64,000 nucleotides of DNA from Eledone cirrhosa (Eukaryota): contig OZ024740.1 of NCBI GenBank assembly GCA_964016885.1, positions 359,972,001 to 360,036,000 of the forward strand. The letters are read 5' to 3'. A program made the translations under genes and the position numbers. Shown here one piece after another: positions 28,909-45,442 of this stretch. The notes below the pieces were generated by a model. The model searched no databases, was not told where the DNA came from, and saw nothing but the letters and a program-made list of their open reading frames with translations. Numbering within the stretch: the stretch's first letter is position 1; every line of letters begins with the position of its first letter.

Positions 28909-29455
28909 GTGAAATGAAACTGGAAGGCCCATATATATACGTGTATGTGTGTGTATATATATAAATGTGTGTGCTTATATACATATATATATATATTTAT
29001 GTAGGTGTGTGTGTGTGTGTATATGTATATATATATATGTGTGTGTATGGGTGTCTGTGCTCTATATACACTGGTCAGAGACACACACACATATATATAT
29101 ACACACACAGACTCACATATATATACACAACAACACAATCAGCTCTCTCTTTCTTCCATTCTCCTTCTCTGTCTCCTCTCCCTCTCTTTATGTCTCTCTT
29201 TCAATCTACTCTCTCACAACCATTATCTCTTTCTCTTTATCCAACTCTCTCTATATTTTTGAAGGTACCCAGAAAACCCCATGTCTCGGGAACCTGTGCT
29301 TCGATTTACGCGAAATGTGTTTTATTCCATTTGTATTCCTATTTCAGGGGCAACTTCCTTTCAAAGTATTTTCCCATTATGCATCTTTTTATCTGTATAA
29401 CATTACAGACAAGCAAGCAAGCACAGAATTTTAGTAATATATATATATATATATA
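28796..29455 (-). mobile_element. Non-autonomous Helitron (family A)
   Basis: Homologous to 1214-1613 in reverse; hairpin plus CTAG at 28796. Confidence 0.8.
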
Positions 29456-29632
29456 TATTATCCGCTACGCGCCACCTTGATTAAATGTCTTCTGCTATAA
29501 GCTTGGGATTAACCAATGCCCTGTGAGTGGAATTCGGTAAACGGTAACTGCCAATGTTCGTCGTATTTTATCGTTAAAATTATACGTCGGTTTAGCATTG
29601 CCTAAAATCAAAAGAACGCATGTGTGTGTGTG

Positions 29633-29754
<122 letters not shown>

Positions 29755-30322
29755 TCTGTTTGTCTGTGCGTGCGTGTGTGTATGTCTGTGTTTGTGTACG
29801 AATGTTGTACCATGTTTTGCTTTTATGCAAAGCTAAAAGCGTGCATAATTTTAGCTACAAAATAGTTGAAAATAAGTACAGGAAAATCAACTTTCCTGAG
29901 AACAGATAAAAATGAAAATTTCAATACATGTTCTTTTTTACTATGAATATCTTTTTAACAAGTGAAACCGGTAGAATTTTATGATGAAGACGTATTCATT
30001 GTATCCTGCTCTTTCTTCTCATGTTTTTAATAAGCTAGAACGTATGGAATTTTTAGATATTTTCTCTTTATTGGAAGAGGAAATGCCACCTAGAACCTGA
30101 TATTGTACAAATGAAGAAATTCTTAAAGAACTAAAGTAAATCTATTCAAGCCTCATAACAATAATTAAAGTTCGATGGACCATGTGTTTTATTCGAGAGA
30201 ACAATGAACTTGCTAAAAAAAAAGAGACAACATACCAGATAACCAAATATGTTGAACTGCTAAGTTGTGTGAGGTAAATTACGAGACATAAACGAACAGT
30301 AAACGTAAACACAGACACGTAC

Positions 30323-30453
<131 letters not shown>

Positions 30454-30561
30454 TATAATAGAAATTTCGTATTTCTAAAGAAATACGGTTTAGGAAGCCG
30501 TATCTATGCAAACACCGGGGCTAACTCCCTCTTGTGGTGTCCAGCAGAAGCGAGGGGGACA

Positions 30562-30605
30562 ACCGCCTATGCATTTCAGGCTTGATTGGCCTTCATCAGA
30601 ACGGT
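30562..30605 (-). ncRNA. Minimal type I hammerhead ribozyme
   Basis: Minus: accgtt-CTGATGA-aggc caatcaa gcct-GAAA-tgca-TA-ggcggt. Confidence 0.75.
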
Positions 30606-30662
30606 CCCTCCCACCGCTTGCTACTGCTGGACTTAGTCCAGCAGTAGCAAGCGGTGGGAGGG

Positions 30663-30706
30663 ACCGTCCTGACGAAGGCCAGTCAAACCTGAAATGCATA
30701 GACGGT
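30663..30706 (+). ncRNA. Minimal type I hammerhead ribozyme
   Basis: accgtc-CTGACGA-agg ccagtcaaa cct-GAAA-tgca-TA-gacggt; palindromic stem III ATGCAT, AUA triplet. Confidence 0.75.
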
Positions 30707-31201
30707 TGTCCCCCTTGCTTCTGCTGGACACCACCAGAGAGCGTTAGCCCCGGTGATTGCATAGCTACGGCTTTCTAAAACCGTATTTCTTTAGAAATAC
30801 GAAATTTCTATACATATTGTATAAAGCTATGCTTGAAGCGAAATATTATTTCTTTAATATTATATTTCGCTTCAAGCATAGCTTGGGATAATTGCTAGCC
30901 TTGTGCCTAAAGTAGAAACAATTATTTCTTTAATATTATAATAATATTAATGAGAGTAAATATACTCATTTACTACTTATTTTTAAGCTCAATGCAATAA
31001 GGATCCTGCTGAGCTTTTATATAGTTATAGTTTGTTTACAAACCAAACTCTAAAACACAAACAACAATCTATTTCTCTAAGACTACGATATTTTTGAACT
31101 GTATTCATAACTGTAAACTTTTATCGTGATATTTTGATAAGTGATTTGTATATCATCTGTTCTAATTATTTTCCTGAGTAACCTAGATCGGTATTTAAAT
31201 A

Positions 31202-31301
31202 AACTCTGATGACACCCACGGTCTATACTCACTAATGGCGAATTGTTAAATAAAATGATTTGTTATCGGTAGCATAAACCGGGTAGAAACACTTGTCAGT
31301 T
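31202..31301 (+). ncRNA. Type I hammerhead ribozyme with long stem II insert
   Basis: aact-CTGATGA-c acccacggt...accgggt a-GAAA-ca ct tg-TC-agtt, followed directly by AATAAA; lies in a 31022-31345 unit with about 21-bp inverted ends. Confidence 0.7.
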
Positions 31302-31340
31302 AATAAATAACTTCAATTATTTAGTTTGTAAACAAACTAT

Positions 31341-31449
<109 letters not shown>

Positions 31450-32998
31450 TAATAGGTTGACATCACAGTACCACGCGGTCCTACTCAATGTTAACTGGGG
31501 TTAATTAGTTGCAGGGTATTTCTCTATAGAATCGGTTGTAGGTTGGCAAATTGTATAAATTCATGGGGTAATCAACAAAAGTTTAATATAATCAGCGACT
31601 AACGATCATCAAATCATCCAATGAAGACCTCAACGTTATTGATATATCCCACAAATTAATTATGGACATCAACAAAAATTAATACAACTAACATTAAACA
31701 ATCGATAATCGAGTCAGTCAGTAAACACCCACCCAAGTCGATATTTAACCAAACTAGTACTAGTTTCACCAAATGCCGGAATGCTTGTAAAAATTATATA
31801 AATACGTATCTATTCCAACAATCGGTTGTATCAACCTGGAATCGGCTTAAGGGTGTTCAATAAACACATACACACAGGGACAAAAATAAGACATTTTTCC
31901 CAGTATTCCTCATGCTGGACTTCACCAGCTCTGTCTTTGGATGTCTTCCTCTACAATAACGGTACTCTTGGGTCCCAAATAATAAGGGTGGGGAAATAAG
32001 CGGGGTGGGGGTAATTGTATAGTGTGCGCTCGTAAATATGGGATTTCTTGTAATGTTTTTTTTTTTTTTATGTTTTATATATTTTTTTTTTTTGTAAAAA
32101 AAAATTATTAGATTCTTAATATGAATCACTTAATAACATTTCGCCGGAGATAGATTATTACCGAAATTTAATAGGGGGGGGGGGGGGGGGGTAAAGCGGT
32201 GGGGAGTTGGAAAATATCTGAAAAATTAATAAGCGGAGTGGGGACGATTATTCAAAACTTGAGAATAGTTGGCTACCCTGCTGTGTTGTTCAAAAGAGGC
32301 GGGAGAAGGGAAGTAATTCATCCGCTTCTTCAATGAAAGTACTCAGGCTGGAAATTTAAATTTAAATTTAAATTCAAATTCCAAGAGTAAATATATAAAT
32401 TGGTTGACAACATTACTATACTATGAGGTGCTTCACACATGCATGCTACTGCAACATCGTGCCACACACTGTCCTGCTCAATGCTAACTTAATTAGTTGC
32501 AGGGTATTTTTCTATGGAATCTGTACTGAGTTGGCAAAATTGAACACATTCAGAGGGTAATCAACAAAAGTTTAATATGATCAGCAACTCACGGTTACAC
32601 ACACACACACACACACACACACAAAGTATTGGTCAGTCGGAGTATATGATAGATAACAGTTGCCCAAGGTTCAATTCCACTGAATCCGAAAGTACGTGAC
32701 TACAAAGCGAACTCCTTAATCACACAGCCACATGCAACCATACATGCCACATTTAAAGAAAAGCATTTGTTGATAACACTACAGTTCTATCATATGTAGA
32801 ATTTTCCTAATTTCATAACACGCCAATTCTATATAGAAACCCATGGAGAGTAACTATATAAGCTTTACTAATATGAAAACGTAAACCAGAGATTCACATG
32901 TTGCATACATTAAATCAATTATAAAAACTGCTATGCTTCAACAAATGAATAATTTTAACATCAATAACGCATGATTTTACTATTACTCCCATTGTAAG

Positions 32999-33578
32999 GG
33001 AGGTGGATTAACAGTGTCGTTAGAGCGTCCAACAATATGATTTGTGGCATGTTGTTCCTTTATTATCTGAGTTCAAATCCTGCCGAGGTTGGCATTGCCT
33101 TTCATCCGTACGGGGTCGATAGAATATAGTACCAGTAATGCACTGCAGTCGATTGAATCAACTTTCCCCTCCTCCCAAATTGCTAGCCTTGTGCCTAAAT
33201 GAGAAACCATTATTATTCCCATTATACTTTGCCACCACTGCAAATCATGTAAACAATACACCACTGAAGATGTGACTGAAAACGTTTCTGGAACAATATT
33301 GTGTCAAATCAAACATAAAGAACTAACAAGGAAATATGAAAAAAATACTTGAATTTAGAAAATCAAACGTTCTCTATATATACATATATTTGTGCGTGGG
33401 TGTGTTTTGTGAGCATACACATTATATATCATATATTTATCTTAACAGCTTGACTTATTTTTGCATTAGCAAACGGTTTCGTAGCCGTAAATATAACCAA
33501 CTCTTTCAGATGCAATACAAAAAATTAGTATTCCCAACTTCCACATTGTGTTGAAGGCACGCACACGCACACACACAC

Positions 33579-33628
<50 letters not shown>

Positions 33629-33921
33629 ACTCTCAAGAGCGTGAAACTAATAAACCTTTGTTTGTACTGCCTCTCTGTTTTTGTTCCCGTTCCAATTTTC
33701 ACTATATATATTATGTATGTATATATTATATATATATATATATTATTATATATATATTGCTCGGACACCATGCTTTGCAGCAAAGAGTTACGGCCCTTTA
33801 TAGTCTGAGTTCAAATCCCGCCGAGGTTAACTTTGCCTTTCATCCTTACGAGGTCGATAAAATAAAGTACCAGTAATGCACTGGGTAATTGCTGGCCTTG
33901 TGCCAAAAGTAGAAATAATTA
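32999..33921 (+). mobile_element. Two further tRNA-SINE copies (32999-33213 and 33760-33921)
   Basis: Same B box and body as 1036-1213. Confidence 0.8.
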
Positions 33922-33957
33922 TATATATATGCTTGTGTGTGCATATACATATATGAA

Positions 33958-34019
<62 letters not shown>

Positions 34020-34443
34020 GATACACACATACATACAAACATACATACATACACGCACACACTTATGTGTGTGTGCATATGTATGTGAACAGGTATACAT
34101 ATCAGTGTAGGTATAAGCTCATACTTGTGTTTGTGCATATGAGTCAGTTAAGTTTGTAGGCTAGACAGTCAGGTAAGACAATGTGTGTTTGTTCCCACAC
34201 TGACAACTCACGCCTGTCTCTTTTCTTGTCGTTTCTTGGAAAGACCTGATGTTCCTGTCAACGTTGTCTCACAATCTCTTTCACTGATAGTCACTACATC
34301 TGCGTCAATGTACGTATGTATGGACGCAACATGGCCGAATGGTTAAGAAGTCCATTTCACAATCATTAGGTCCCGGGTTCGATCCCATTACGTGAAATCT
34401 AGGACATGTGTCATTTACCACAAACTTGTGTAGACCCACATCT

Positions 34444-35600
34444 TTTTTTTTTTTTTGTAAGTATTACGATATATTTATTAATTCAATGTTGCATTAAATA
34501 ACATTAGAAATAACATTACAAATCGTTTGCAATTCTTTCAGAATGAAAATATAAACAGAGCATATAAATAAATTTGCAGTAGAATAACATAACAAATATG
34601 TTTTAAATATATACATAAATAACATTACAAATGCTTAGATAACATTATAAATTGCTCGCGATTCATTCAGAAAGATATATTCTTTTAATGTTACAATATT
34701 AAGGAAAATGTAAAGGAAAGGGTGAACAACCGAGCCAACACCAGAGCAAATGACAGCAACGTCGCGCGGAGTACAGGGCAACCTCTCTAATGATTTTTGA
34801 GGCAAGCCAGCACACTCGCAGCGTTGCCTCGGGTGATGTCGAGGCTGATGCGCTGGAACAGCCAAGAGCCCTCGCAAGATTCGCCAGTTAACTCTATTAG
34901 GCGATCCGCCAGTGAAAAGAGGAACCTCGCAGTCAGTGGCCCGACTCCCCCAAACGTCTCGAAAGCCACAGGCTGAAAAATGTAGCTGGCCGACAGATCA
35001 GAGTATTTGAGGATCTTACTCCGCTCGGATGAGGAAGCTGTGGCTCTCGTCCTAAGCGCAGCATCCAGGATGTGGGAAAGAGCAAAAGAGTCACTAACAG
35101 TGACGTCCCAGACAAGGCACCTGCCTCTCGATCAGGGGCACAGGGTAAGGCCATCAGGTATTTTGCCGTCACTTCTGGACAACCCAGATGGTTCCAAGAC
35201 TGAGGGGATGTTCGCTCGAGCCAAAGCTCTCTTCGGAATGAGGTTTAGCTCCATGTGACGCGCGAAGCAGCCGGCATTCAGGCGGCAAGAAAGACCGTTG
35301 CTGCCTGTGGAGTCGAGGAGTTTGCCGCATCGGCACCTCAAACCCATGCAGACGTCAGCTCCCACTCTCAGAGCGATGGAGACACGAAGTTCGTCCAGGC
35401 TGAGTAGGCAACCGATAGTATTTGGCGCTGGCAGATAGTAAGCGGCACCTTGCAAACTGATCTGACTGGACAAAGAGGGAGTCGAAGGTGGCCTTCGAAC
35501 TTATGCTGTCCCAAGTTCTCTGACTTCGACTGTCCTCCACCATCTCAGGCTTGAGCTTTGGTGATGTCGACACAGCTTCTGTGGTAGCTTGCGTGACATA
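34444..35600 (-). mobile_element. Decayed CRE-like non-LTR retrotransposon 3' end (zinc knuckle plus REL endonuclease)
   Basis: CRCGKLLDSTGSNGLSC...RH, EPSGLSRSDGKIPDGLT, WDVT and PVAFETFGGVGP motifs; poly(A) on the minus strand at 34444-34456. Confidence 0.75.
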
Positions 35601-38104
35601 GGTGATATTTAATTGTCTTTAAGTACCAGCTAGTGTGGGCACAGAGAGCGCAATCAGGTGGTGGGCTGGCAGCAGCCGGCAGTAGAGGGCCAGCGTTGGA
35701 ATTCGGTGGAGGGAGTGAGTCAGTAAAGGAGGCAGCAGTGGTTCTAACGGTGGGACTAGAGCGGAGGTTGGGTGGTGGGGTTGGCCGGCTTGAATTCGCT
35801 CGGAATCTGCCGTGAAGAGGAAGGAGGAGGGGGTAGTTAGCTCCTCTCGTACGTGCCGAAGTTGATGGAGAATGAGAGCATAGTCGTTCCACCAAGCAGG
35901 TCTTATTCGACGCATGCCACCGCCACCTAGAGTGGAATAGGTTAAAGTGGTGGCAACTTTATCAATCGGCAATCGCCGGTGATACTTCGATCGAAACATT
36001 GGGCCACCGACGGGTTGAACGAAGACATAAGTGGGCTGTGCGCGAGGACGAAGTAAGGGGTGAGCAGGAGGAGGGATAGAAAGTGGAGAAGGGGGGAGAA
36101 GATTATGAGTGCGTGGAGAGGAGTGTGGTCATTTGAGAGGCAGGTAAATACAGTGGAAGAGAAAGAGCAATGAACATTCAAAGAGAAGGAAAATAGAAAC
36201 GTTAGAAGTACAAAATCTAAGGCTGTGAGTTTGTGTAATATTTCGCATGGGTAAATGCGCAGTAAAATCAGAAATTGTGAGTTTGTGAAAAAACCACGTG
36301 GGCAAGACTTCAGTAAAATCAAAACCTGAATGATAGTGATACAAGATGTTTACAATTACAGAGTGATTACATTACTGGTCCTGATTTCTATCAAGTGGTC
36401 AAAGCTTCTAATTCTGTGAAATAGAATGGAACGATGGATTGACCTTTCAGTCACACCTGTCTATAAATAGATTCAGGTTATTTCAAGAGGGAGATGGGAT
36501 GGTGCCATAAGTTATCTCTTCTTGTGAAGCTAGTGGCGGTTCTTCGCCATTTATAATTATTTATTTTAATTTTATTTTGGGTGGGTTTGTTTTTGAAAAA
36601 TTGTAAGTGTACTTTAAGGAGGAATGAATAATTGTGTGATACAATTGCTCCAGGTTGGTTCCATGCGTTGTTGCCACAACCAATCCTTAAATTTTTTTTT
36701 TCTTCTGAAGATCTATTATTCCTCTCCGTAGATTGTAAATGGTAAAATTCGTTCGAACGTCCCTGGGAGTTAAGTGATCCAACGGAATGGTAAAATCCAG
36801 TTCTTTGAAAAATATTTTGAAGCTGTCTCAGACAAAGCGCACGCTCATATGAAAAAAAGGGAAAAGTTGAAAATGTTTACCTCGCTACAAACCAAACACG
36901 ACTTGTTTATGACTGTGTATTATTAGATTTCAAATCAAATTACGACCATATTATATCATGGTAATGCAGGAACTGAAACGTTATAAAGAAAACCACTTTC
37001 AGTTAATAAAATGTCAACGAAAACCTAACTTATTATCCTGCCCTTTGCTGTGTCATAACATGATAGAACTAGCTGTGGGGTGTATAGTGTGCTATTTGAG
37101 AACAACTGCAACTGCAGCAATATTTCACGAGGGAGCGGGGCAGAAAAATAGTTTCCCATTATGGTTCAGTGAGTTAGATATCTTTTACGAATGTCATCTT
37201 TGGTTGGTGTACAGCACACATCTAGCATATACTATTATGATAAGACTGTATACGACATACGAAGTAGATATCACTCTTTTCCCAAACACGTAGGTCAACT
37301 GCTTTGAGACACGACGAAGCACCACAAGATCTTATGAGTGAAATTGGGTAAGTGGAAACTGTTTGCAAGCCCGTTAGATGGACTGTACCTGTAATTCAAA
37401 GGAGAAGCCATGTTACACAGTGTCACGTAGAATCTCACTGTGAATTACGTTAAGGGTACACGTATATGTAGAATGCTCAGCCACTTACACTTAAATTGCA
37501 ACTGTTAAACATTCACTCCTATGTACTTTCTTGATAACTTGAACGGTTGTGATAATGCTGAAGCTACATAAGTACAAATTTTACTGCACTACCTTGTGTT
37601 TTAATGAGGACAGTCATCAAATAGATCCAACTCCACCAAAGCTAGATTTATTACCTACTCTGTTTACGATATATCGCATGAGGTGGTTGTTGTGTAGAAT
37701 AGATTCTCCGACAAAACTACCGTCGACAAATGCTGTTTACTACCACCTAGTAAACATAAGCGGGTTTGTACTCTTTTTCTAAACGATGACACAAAAATAT
37801 CGATGATCTCAAACTGCAAAAGACGTCGTCACACACCAGAATAAGCTAAACTTCATTTATCGATGGGCAGATAAAAATAACATGAAATTCAACACATAAA
37901 AATTTCAGCTTCTTCATTGCGAAGGTGATATGCATAAGGCTAATTATTTGACCCCAGATAACACGATAATTCAGAGCTCCAATGAAATATGGGAATAATC
38001 AAGTGAAATGATGCATCTTTCATCAGACACATCACCATACTGACCTCTTCATGCAGACATTAGGATGAATCCTAAGAACCTCCATAACAAGCGAACCAGT
38101 TGCT

Positions 38105-38480
38105 AAGCTAATCTAAGCTAAAATCTATGAAAAACCTTAGTTTTGAGTAGAGCAGATTACTGTTCACAGCTTTGGTTCCCAAATACACCCGGTCTCATAA
38201 AAGAAATTGAAGGGTTATAGAGAACGTTCATTATTAAAAGAACTTGGACCTTAATTACTGGGAATGTCTGAAAGTTCTGCGTCTCTACTCCCTTGAAGGA
38301 TGAAGAGATAGATATATTGTTATTTACGTATGAAAGATCCTGGAAGGACGTGTTTCAAACTTCGGCATTAAAGAAAATGTTAATTCACGAGCTGGTAGAT
38401 GATGCTAGCTTCCATCTTCGAAATTGCGAACAAAAAGTTTTTATCAGACAGTCATTTTACTAGATGGTTTTATAGCGAGG
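38105..38480 (+). mobile_element. CR1/L2-like LINE RT C-terminal relic
   Basis: Translates with stops to LVLSRADYCSQLWFP...NYWECLKVLRLYSLE..RDRYIVIYVxKILEG. Confidence 0.65.
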
Positions 38481-38488
38481 ATACTGGG

Positions 38489-38836
38489 TGTATGAATGTA
38501 ACAAAACGAGACATGGTTTGTGTATATAATATTTAATTAACGGTAGATAGAATACTTGACATGTCAAAGATAGATGTTAGAATGAAACAAAGTTAGTAGT
38601 TACCGTTTTGATTGCCAGGCAAACGCGGCTGGCAGAGGGCGCCTGGCTAAGGCCAGGCGCCTGTTGGCCAAATTAATGGCAGAGCCAAATGAGAGGCTCT
38701 TCGACCTGGTGCCGAAAAGGCAAAGAGAGAAAGGAAGCTTAAAGTTGTTAGTTTTATAGGGCTCTGACCGGAAGTTGCAGAAAGGGTTCCACTTCCCGTC
38801 TAGATCCCAATCAAAACAAGGGAGACAACCGCTACA
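38489..38836 (-). mobile_element. Possible solo LTR
   Basis: TGTA...TACA ends, TATAAAA on the minus strand, GC-richer than its flanks; no TSD found. Confidence 0.4.
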
Positions 38837-39677
38837 GTTTCAATACCAGAGTTGGAACAGACTGGCAAATATAAAACTCTCTTTGTCGTTTCGGTGTGGC
38901 AAAGATTAATAGTAATTGTATCGGGCTCTTAGAACTCTGTGTATAACTTGATCTATATATTGCTAGCACTCACTTTACACCCAAAGACGATCTCATAACA
39001 ACATGGATGCTTTTGAAGTCTAAGGTTTAGTACTTGCTGGATTATGTAGTCATCGACAAACGTGATATCTTTCATGGCTCAAAATGTTGGACCGATCATA
39101 GAGGTTAAATAGGATTCCTCGGCACTTTATTGTCCGCATGATAAACGATACTGCTGGGAGAATCTTTAGAATCGTTTATCTAGCATCGAAGAAATTACAA
39201 CGTTGGAAGAGTTTCGAAACTATGTTATCCATTGTGCTGCTGAAATACAGGGATGTGCGACAGCCAGTCATAGGAAATGGTTTATTGAAATTTATTCTGA
39301 GGACCAGAGAGAGCTGTCTGCAAAATGCAATGCTTACTATGTAATTACGACACAAAGGGTTGTCAGCTGAGCAGCGAAATTTAGCACTTAGTCATTTTTT
39401 ATTCATCTTTCTGCTTGTATCCTTGGAGGTCTTGCGTGAAGAAAGAGCCGTTATTTTGTGGCAAGTTGGAAGGCTTGTCCAGGTGTAATGCTATAGCTAT
39501 ATGACGTCAGTATTTTCTTGACGCCACATTTTTGGTCCGAGCAAATATTACAGATATTTCCCGTCAGATTAAAAATACACATGCATGTATGCATGTATGT
39601 ATGTATGTATGTATGTATGTATGTATGTATGTATGTATGTATGTATGTATGTATGTATGTATGTATGTATGCATGTC

Positions 39678-41548
39678 CGGGAGAGATGACCCCTTAGCCT
39701 TTGTCAGGGCAGAATTCTAGGAGAAGGAAAACTCTGATATAACACCTGCAACCCTGATGGTATCCAATGATGTTGACTTGTTCTTCTTTTTGGTAAATAT
39801 CATCTTGGTTAAGAGAGTGGGACTGGCTTTGTGCAGTGCCTTTGCTCACTATAAAAGCTTCACGGCACAGGCATTGCTTTATATCTGGAGATCTCTTTGC
39901 TCTTGTTGTTACATGGTACCAGCACTATGTGTCAATAATTGTCACAAGTGTAGTGTTTGTACCAGAGTTTACAAGTTGCTGGCTGGGGTTCTCCTACATG
40001 GATATAAAGTAGTGGCCGTACTCGATAACGAGTTGGCAGCCACCATGTATGTATGTATGTATGTATGTCAGGTCACCAGTTGGTGCTACTGGTAACATGT
40101 ATCCCAGTACAACCTGTCTCATGGTCGGGTCGTTAGCGACTAAACTGACAACCCCACCAAGGTTTCTTGGTGAGGAAGGTGACTTTGGACATCCTGCAGG
40201 ACTAAAACCAAAAACCTATCAAAGGGCAAAGGAGCTCTGAAGAGTCAATGGCCATCCAAAATCACCGGGAGAGATGACCCCTTAACCTTTGTCAAGGCAG
40301 AATTCTAGGAGAAGGAAAACTCTGATATAACACCTGCAACCCTGATGGTATCCAATGTTCTTTTTGGTAAATATCATCTTGGTTAAGAGAGTGGGACTGG
40401 CTTTGTGCAGTGCCTTTGCTCACTATAAAAGCTTCACGGCACAGGCATTGCTTTATATCTGGAGATCTCTCTGCACTTGTCGTCACATGGCACCAAGGGC
40501 CCAGCACTATGTGTCAATAATTGTCACAAGTGTAGTGTTTGTACCAGAGTTTTCAAGTCGCTGGCTGGACTAAAAAGTCACACTCGTTCAGCGCATCGGT
40601 AGGGGTCCTCCTACATGGATATAAAGTAGTGGCCGTACTCGAAAACGAGTTGGCAGCCACCATGTATGTATGTATGTATGTATGTATGTATGTATGTACG
40701 GGAGAGATGACCCCTTAGCCTTTGTCAAGGCAGAATTCTAGGAGAAAGAAAACTCTGATATAACACCTGCAACCCTGATGGTATCCAATAATATTGACTT
40801 GTTCTTCTTTTTGGTAAATATGATCTTGGTTAAAAGAGTGCAGTGGCTTTGTGCAGTGCCTTTGCTCACTATAAAAGCTTCACGGCACAGGCATTGCTTT
40901 ATATCTGGAGATCTCTCTGCACTTGTCGTCACATGGCACCAAGGGCCCAGCACTATGTGTCAATAATTGTCACAAGTGTAGTGTTTGTACCAGAGTTTTC
41001 AAGTCGCTGGCTGGACTAAAAAGTCACACTCGTTCAGCGCATCGGTAGGGGTCCTCCTACATGGATATAAAGTAGTGGTCGTACTCGAAAACGAGTTGGC
41101 AGCCACCATGTATGTATGTATGTATGTATGTATGTACGGGAGAGATGACCCCTTAGCCTTTGTCAAGGCAGAATTCTAGGAGAAGAAATACTCTGATATA
41201 ACACCTGCGACCCTGATGGTATACAATGATGTTGACTTGTTCTTCTTTTTGGTAAATATTATCTTGGTTAAGAGAGTGGGACTGGCTTTGTGCAGTGCCT
41301 TTGCTCACTATAAAAGCTTCACGGCACAGGCATTGCTTTATATCTGGAAATTTCTCTGCACTTGTCGTCACATGGTACCATGGGCCCAGCACTATGTGTC
41401 AGTAATTGTCACAAGTGTAGTGTTTGTACCAGAGTTTTCAAGTCGCTGGCTGGACTAAAAAGTCACACTTGTTCAGCGCATCGGTAGGTGTTCTCCTACA
41501 TGGATATAAAGAAGTGGCCGTACTCGAAAACGAGTTGGCAGCCACCAT
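39678..41548 (+). mobile_element. Four head-to-tail bipartite RTE derivatives separated by (TATG)n tails
   Basis: Copies at 39678-40046, 40068-40663, 40699-41109 and 41137-41548, homologous to 17771-18377. Confidence 0.85.
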
Positions 41549-41636
41549 GTATGTATGTATGTATGTATGTATGTATGTATGTATGTATGTATGTATGTAT
41601 GTATGTATGTATGTATGTATGTATGTATGTATGTAT

Positions 41637-44130
<2,494 letters not shown>

Positions 44131-44444
44131 TGTATGTATGTAGGTAGGTAGGTAGGTAGGTAGGTAGGTAGGTAGGTAGGTAGGTAGGTAGGTAGGTAGG
44201 TAGGTATGATGGATGTATGTGTAAAGGCGCGTGGCTTTCTAGTTAGGATATTCGGCTCTCAATCCTAAAGTCGTGAATTCAATTCCTGGAGCAAGACACT
44301 TTATTTCACGTTGTTCCAGTCTACTCAGCTGAGCTGTACCTGTAATTCGAAGAGCCAGCCTTGTCATATTCCGTGTCACGAGCAAGCTGTTCCATTGATC
44401 GGATCAACTAGAACACTCGTCTTCATAACCGACGAAGTACCATT

Positions 44445-44629
44445 GGTGGATTGGCAGTATCGGTAGAGGGTCGCACGCCATGCTTTACAGCATAGTTACG
44501 TCCCTTTACGATCTGAGTTCAAATCCTGCCAAGGTTGACTTTGCCTTTCATCCTTACGGGGTCGATAAAATAAAGTACCAGTAATGCACTGGGTAATTGC
44601 TGGCCTTGTGCCCAAAGTAGAAACAATTA
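44445..44629 (+). mobile_element. tRNA-derived SINE, full length
   Basis: ggtggattggcagtatcggtagag A-box region, gttcaaatcc B box, family tail. Confidence 0.85.
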
Positions 44630-45014
44630 TGTATGTATGTATGGAAATACTCGATTTGGTGCTCGAGCGCGTGGTTAACCCACCGAGTGTGAGAGACCAG
44701 TAGTCTTTGTCAGAATATAATTCTAGAAGGAAAATGTTGATGCAGAACCTGTGACACGATGGCAACCAATGAGGTTGAATTGCTCTTTTTGAGTACCTGT
44801 CACCATTCTTCAGAGAGTGGGATTGGTCCAGTTCAAAGCCTTTCTTCACTTAATAAAGCTTCCATCACAGGCATCACTTTCTAAACGTCTTTCACGTGTG
44901 TTGTATGAGTATGCCTGCCCGTAGCCGAAAAAGACCTTTTTTTTGTTCACGCCACCTATGTATGAGAAAAGGTTCAAGTGATGGCTGTTCTTGAAATCGA
45001 AAAGCAGTCATTAC

Positions 45015-45085
<71 letters not shown>

Positions 45086-45094
45086 GACTGCTTT

Positions 45095-45442
45095 GGACCA
45101 GAGAGCCACTCCAGGTAGAGCCGCTATTTCTCCGAATTGAAAGATCACAAGTCCGAAACTATGGGCACATGGTTAGAATGTCTAAGGAAAGAACCGCTGG
45201 GCAGATTTTACGGGCGAAACCAACCGACAGGAGATCCAGGGGTAGACTCCAAGTAAGATAGCTGGATAACATCCATAACCTTGGCTGGTTTCGCTTGGGG
45301 ATCCAGCTGGAAGGAGTGTTTGAGGACTTTTCCCCCACGAACCTCTCAAGAAGAAGAAGAAGAAGAAGAAGAAGAAGAAGAAGAAGAAGAAGAAGAAGAA
45401 GAAGAAGAAGAAGAAGAAGAAGAAGAAGAAGAAGAAGAAGAA
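45095..45442 (+). mobile_element. RTE-like LINE 3' fragment with (GAA)n tail
   Basis: EPLFLRIERSQVRNYGHMVRM...RRSRGR; terminus shared with 51790-51857. Confidence 0.65.

Larger units (their letters stand above)
30458..30811. repeat. Diverged palindrome with arms of about 175 bp and an HHR on each strand
   Basis: Symmetric about T30634; arms differ by mixed substitutions; preceded by (TA)n. Confidence 0.9.

Noticed and set aside
30490-30778. Two mirror-image 90-aa ORFs on opposite strands
   Set aside because: By-product of the palindrome; the sequence is better explained as an HHR-bearing repeat
30458-30811. A second ADAR-edited palindrome
   Set aside because: Arm mismatches include A:C pairs and transversions; no A>G strand bias
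34328-34390. tRNA-like sequence
   Set aside because: A/B boxes without a good cloverleaf, followed by a SINE-like body; a SINE head, not a tRNA gene
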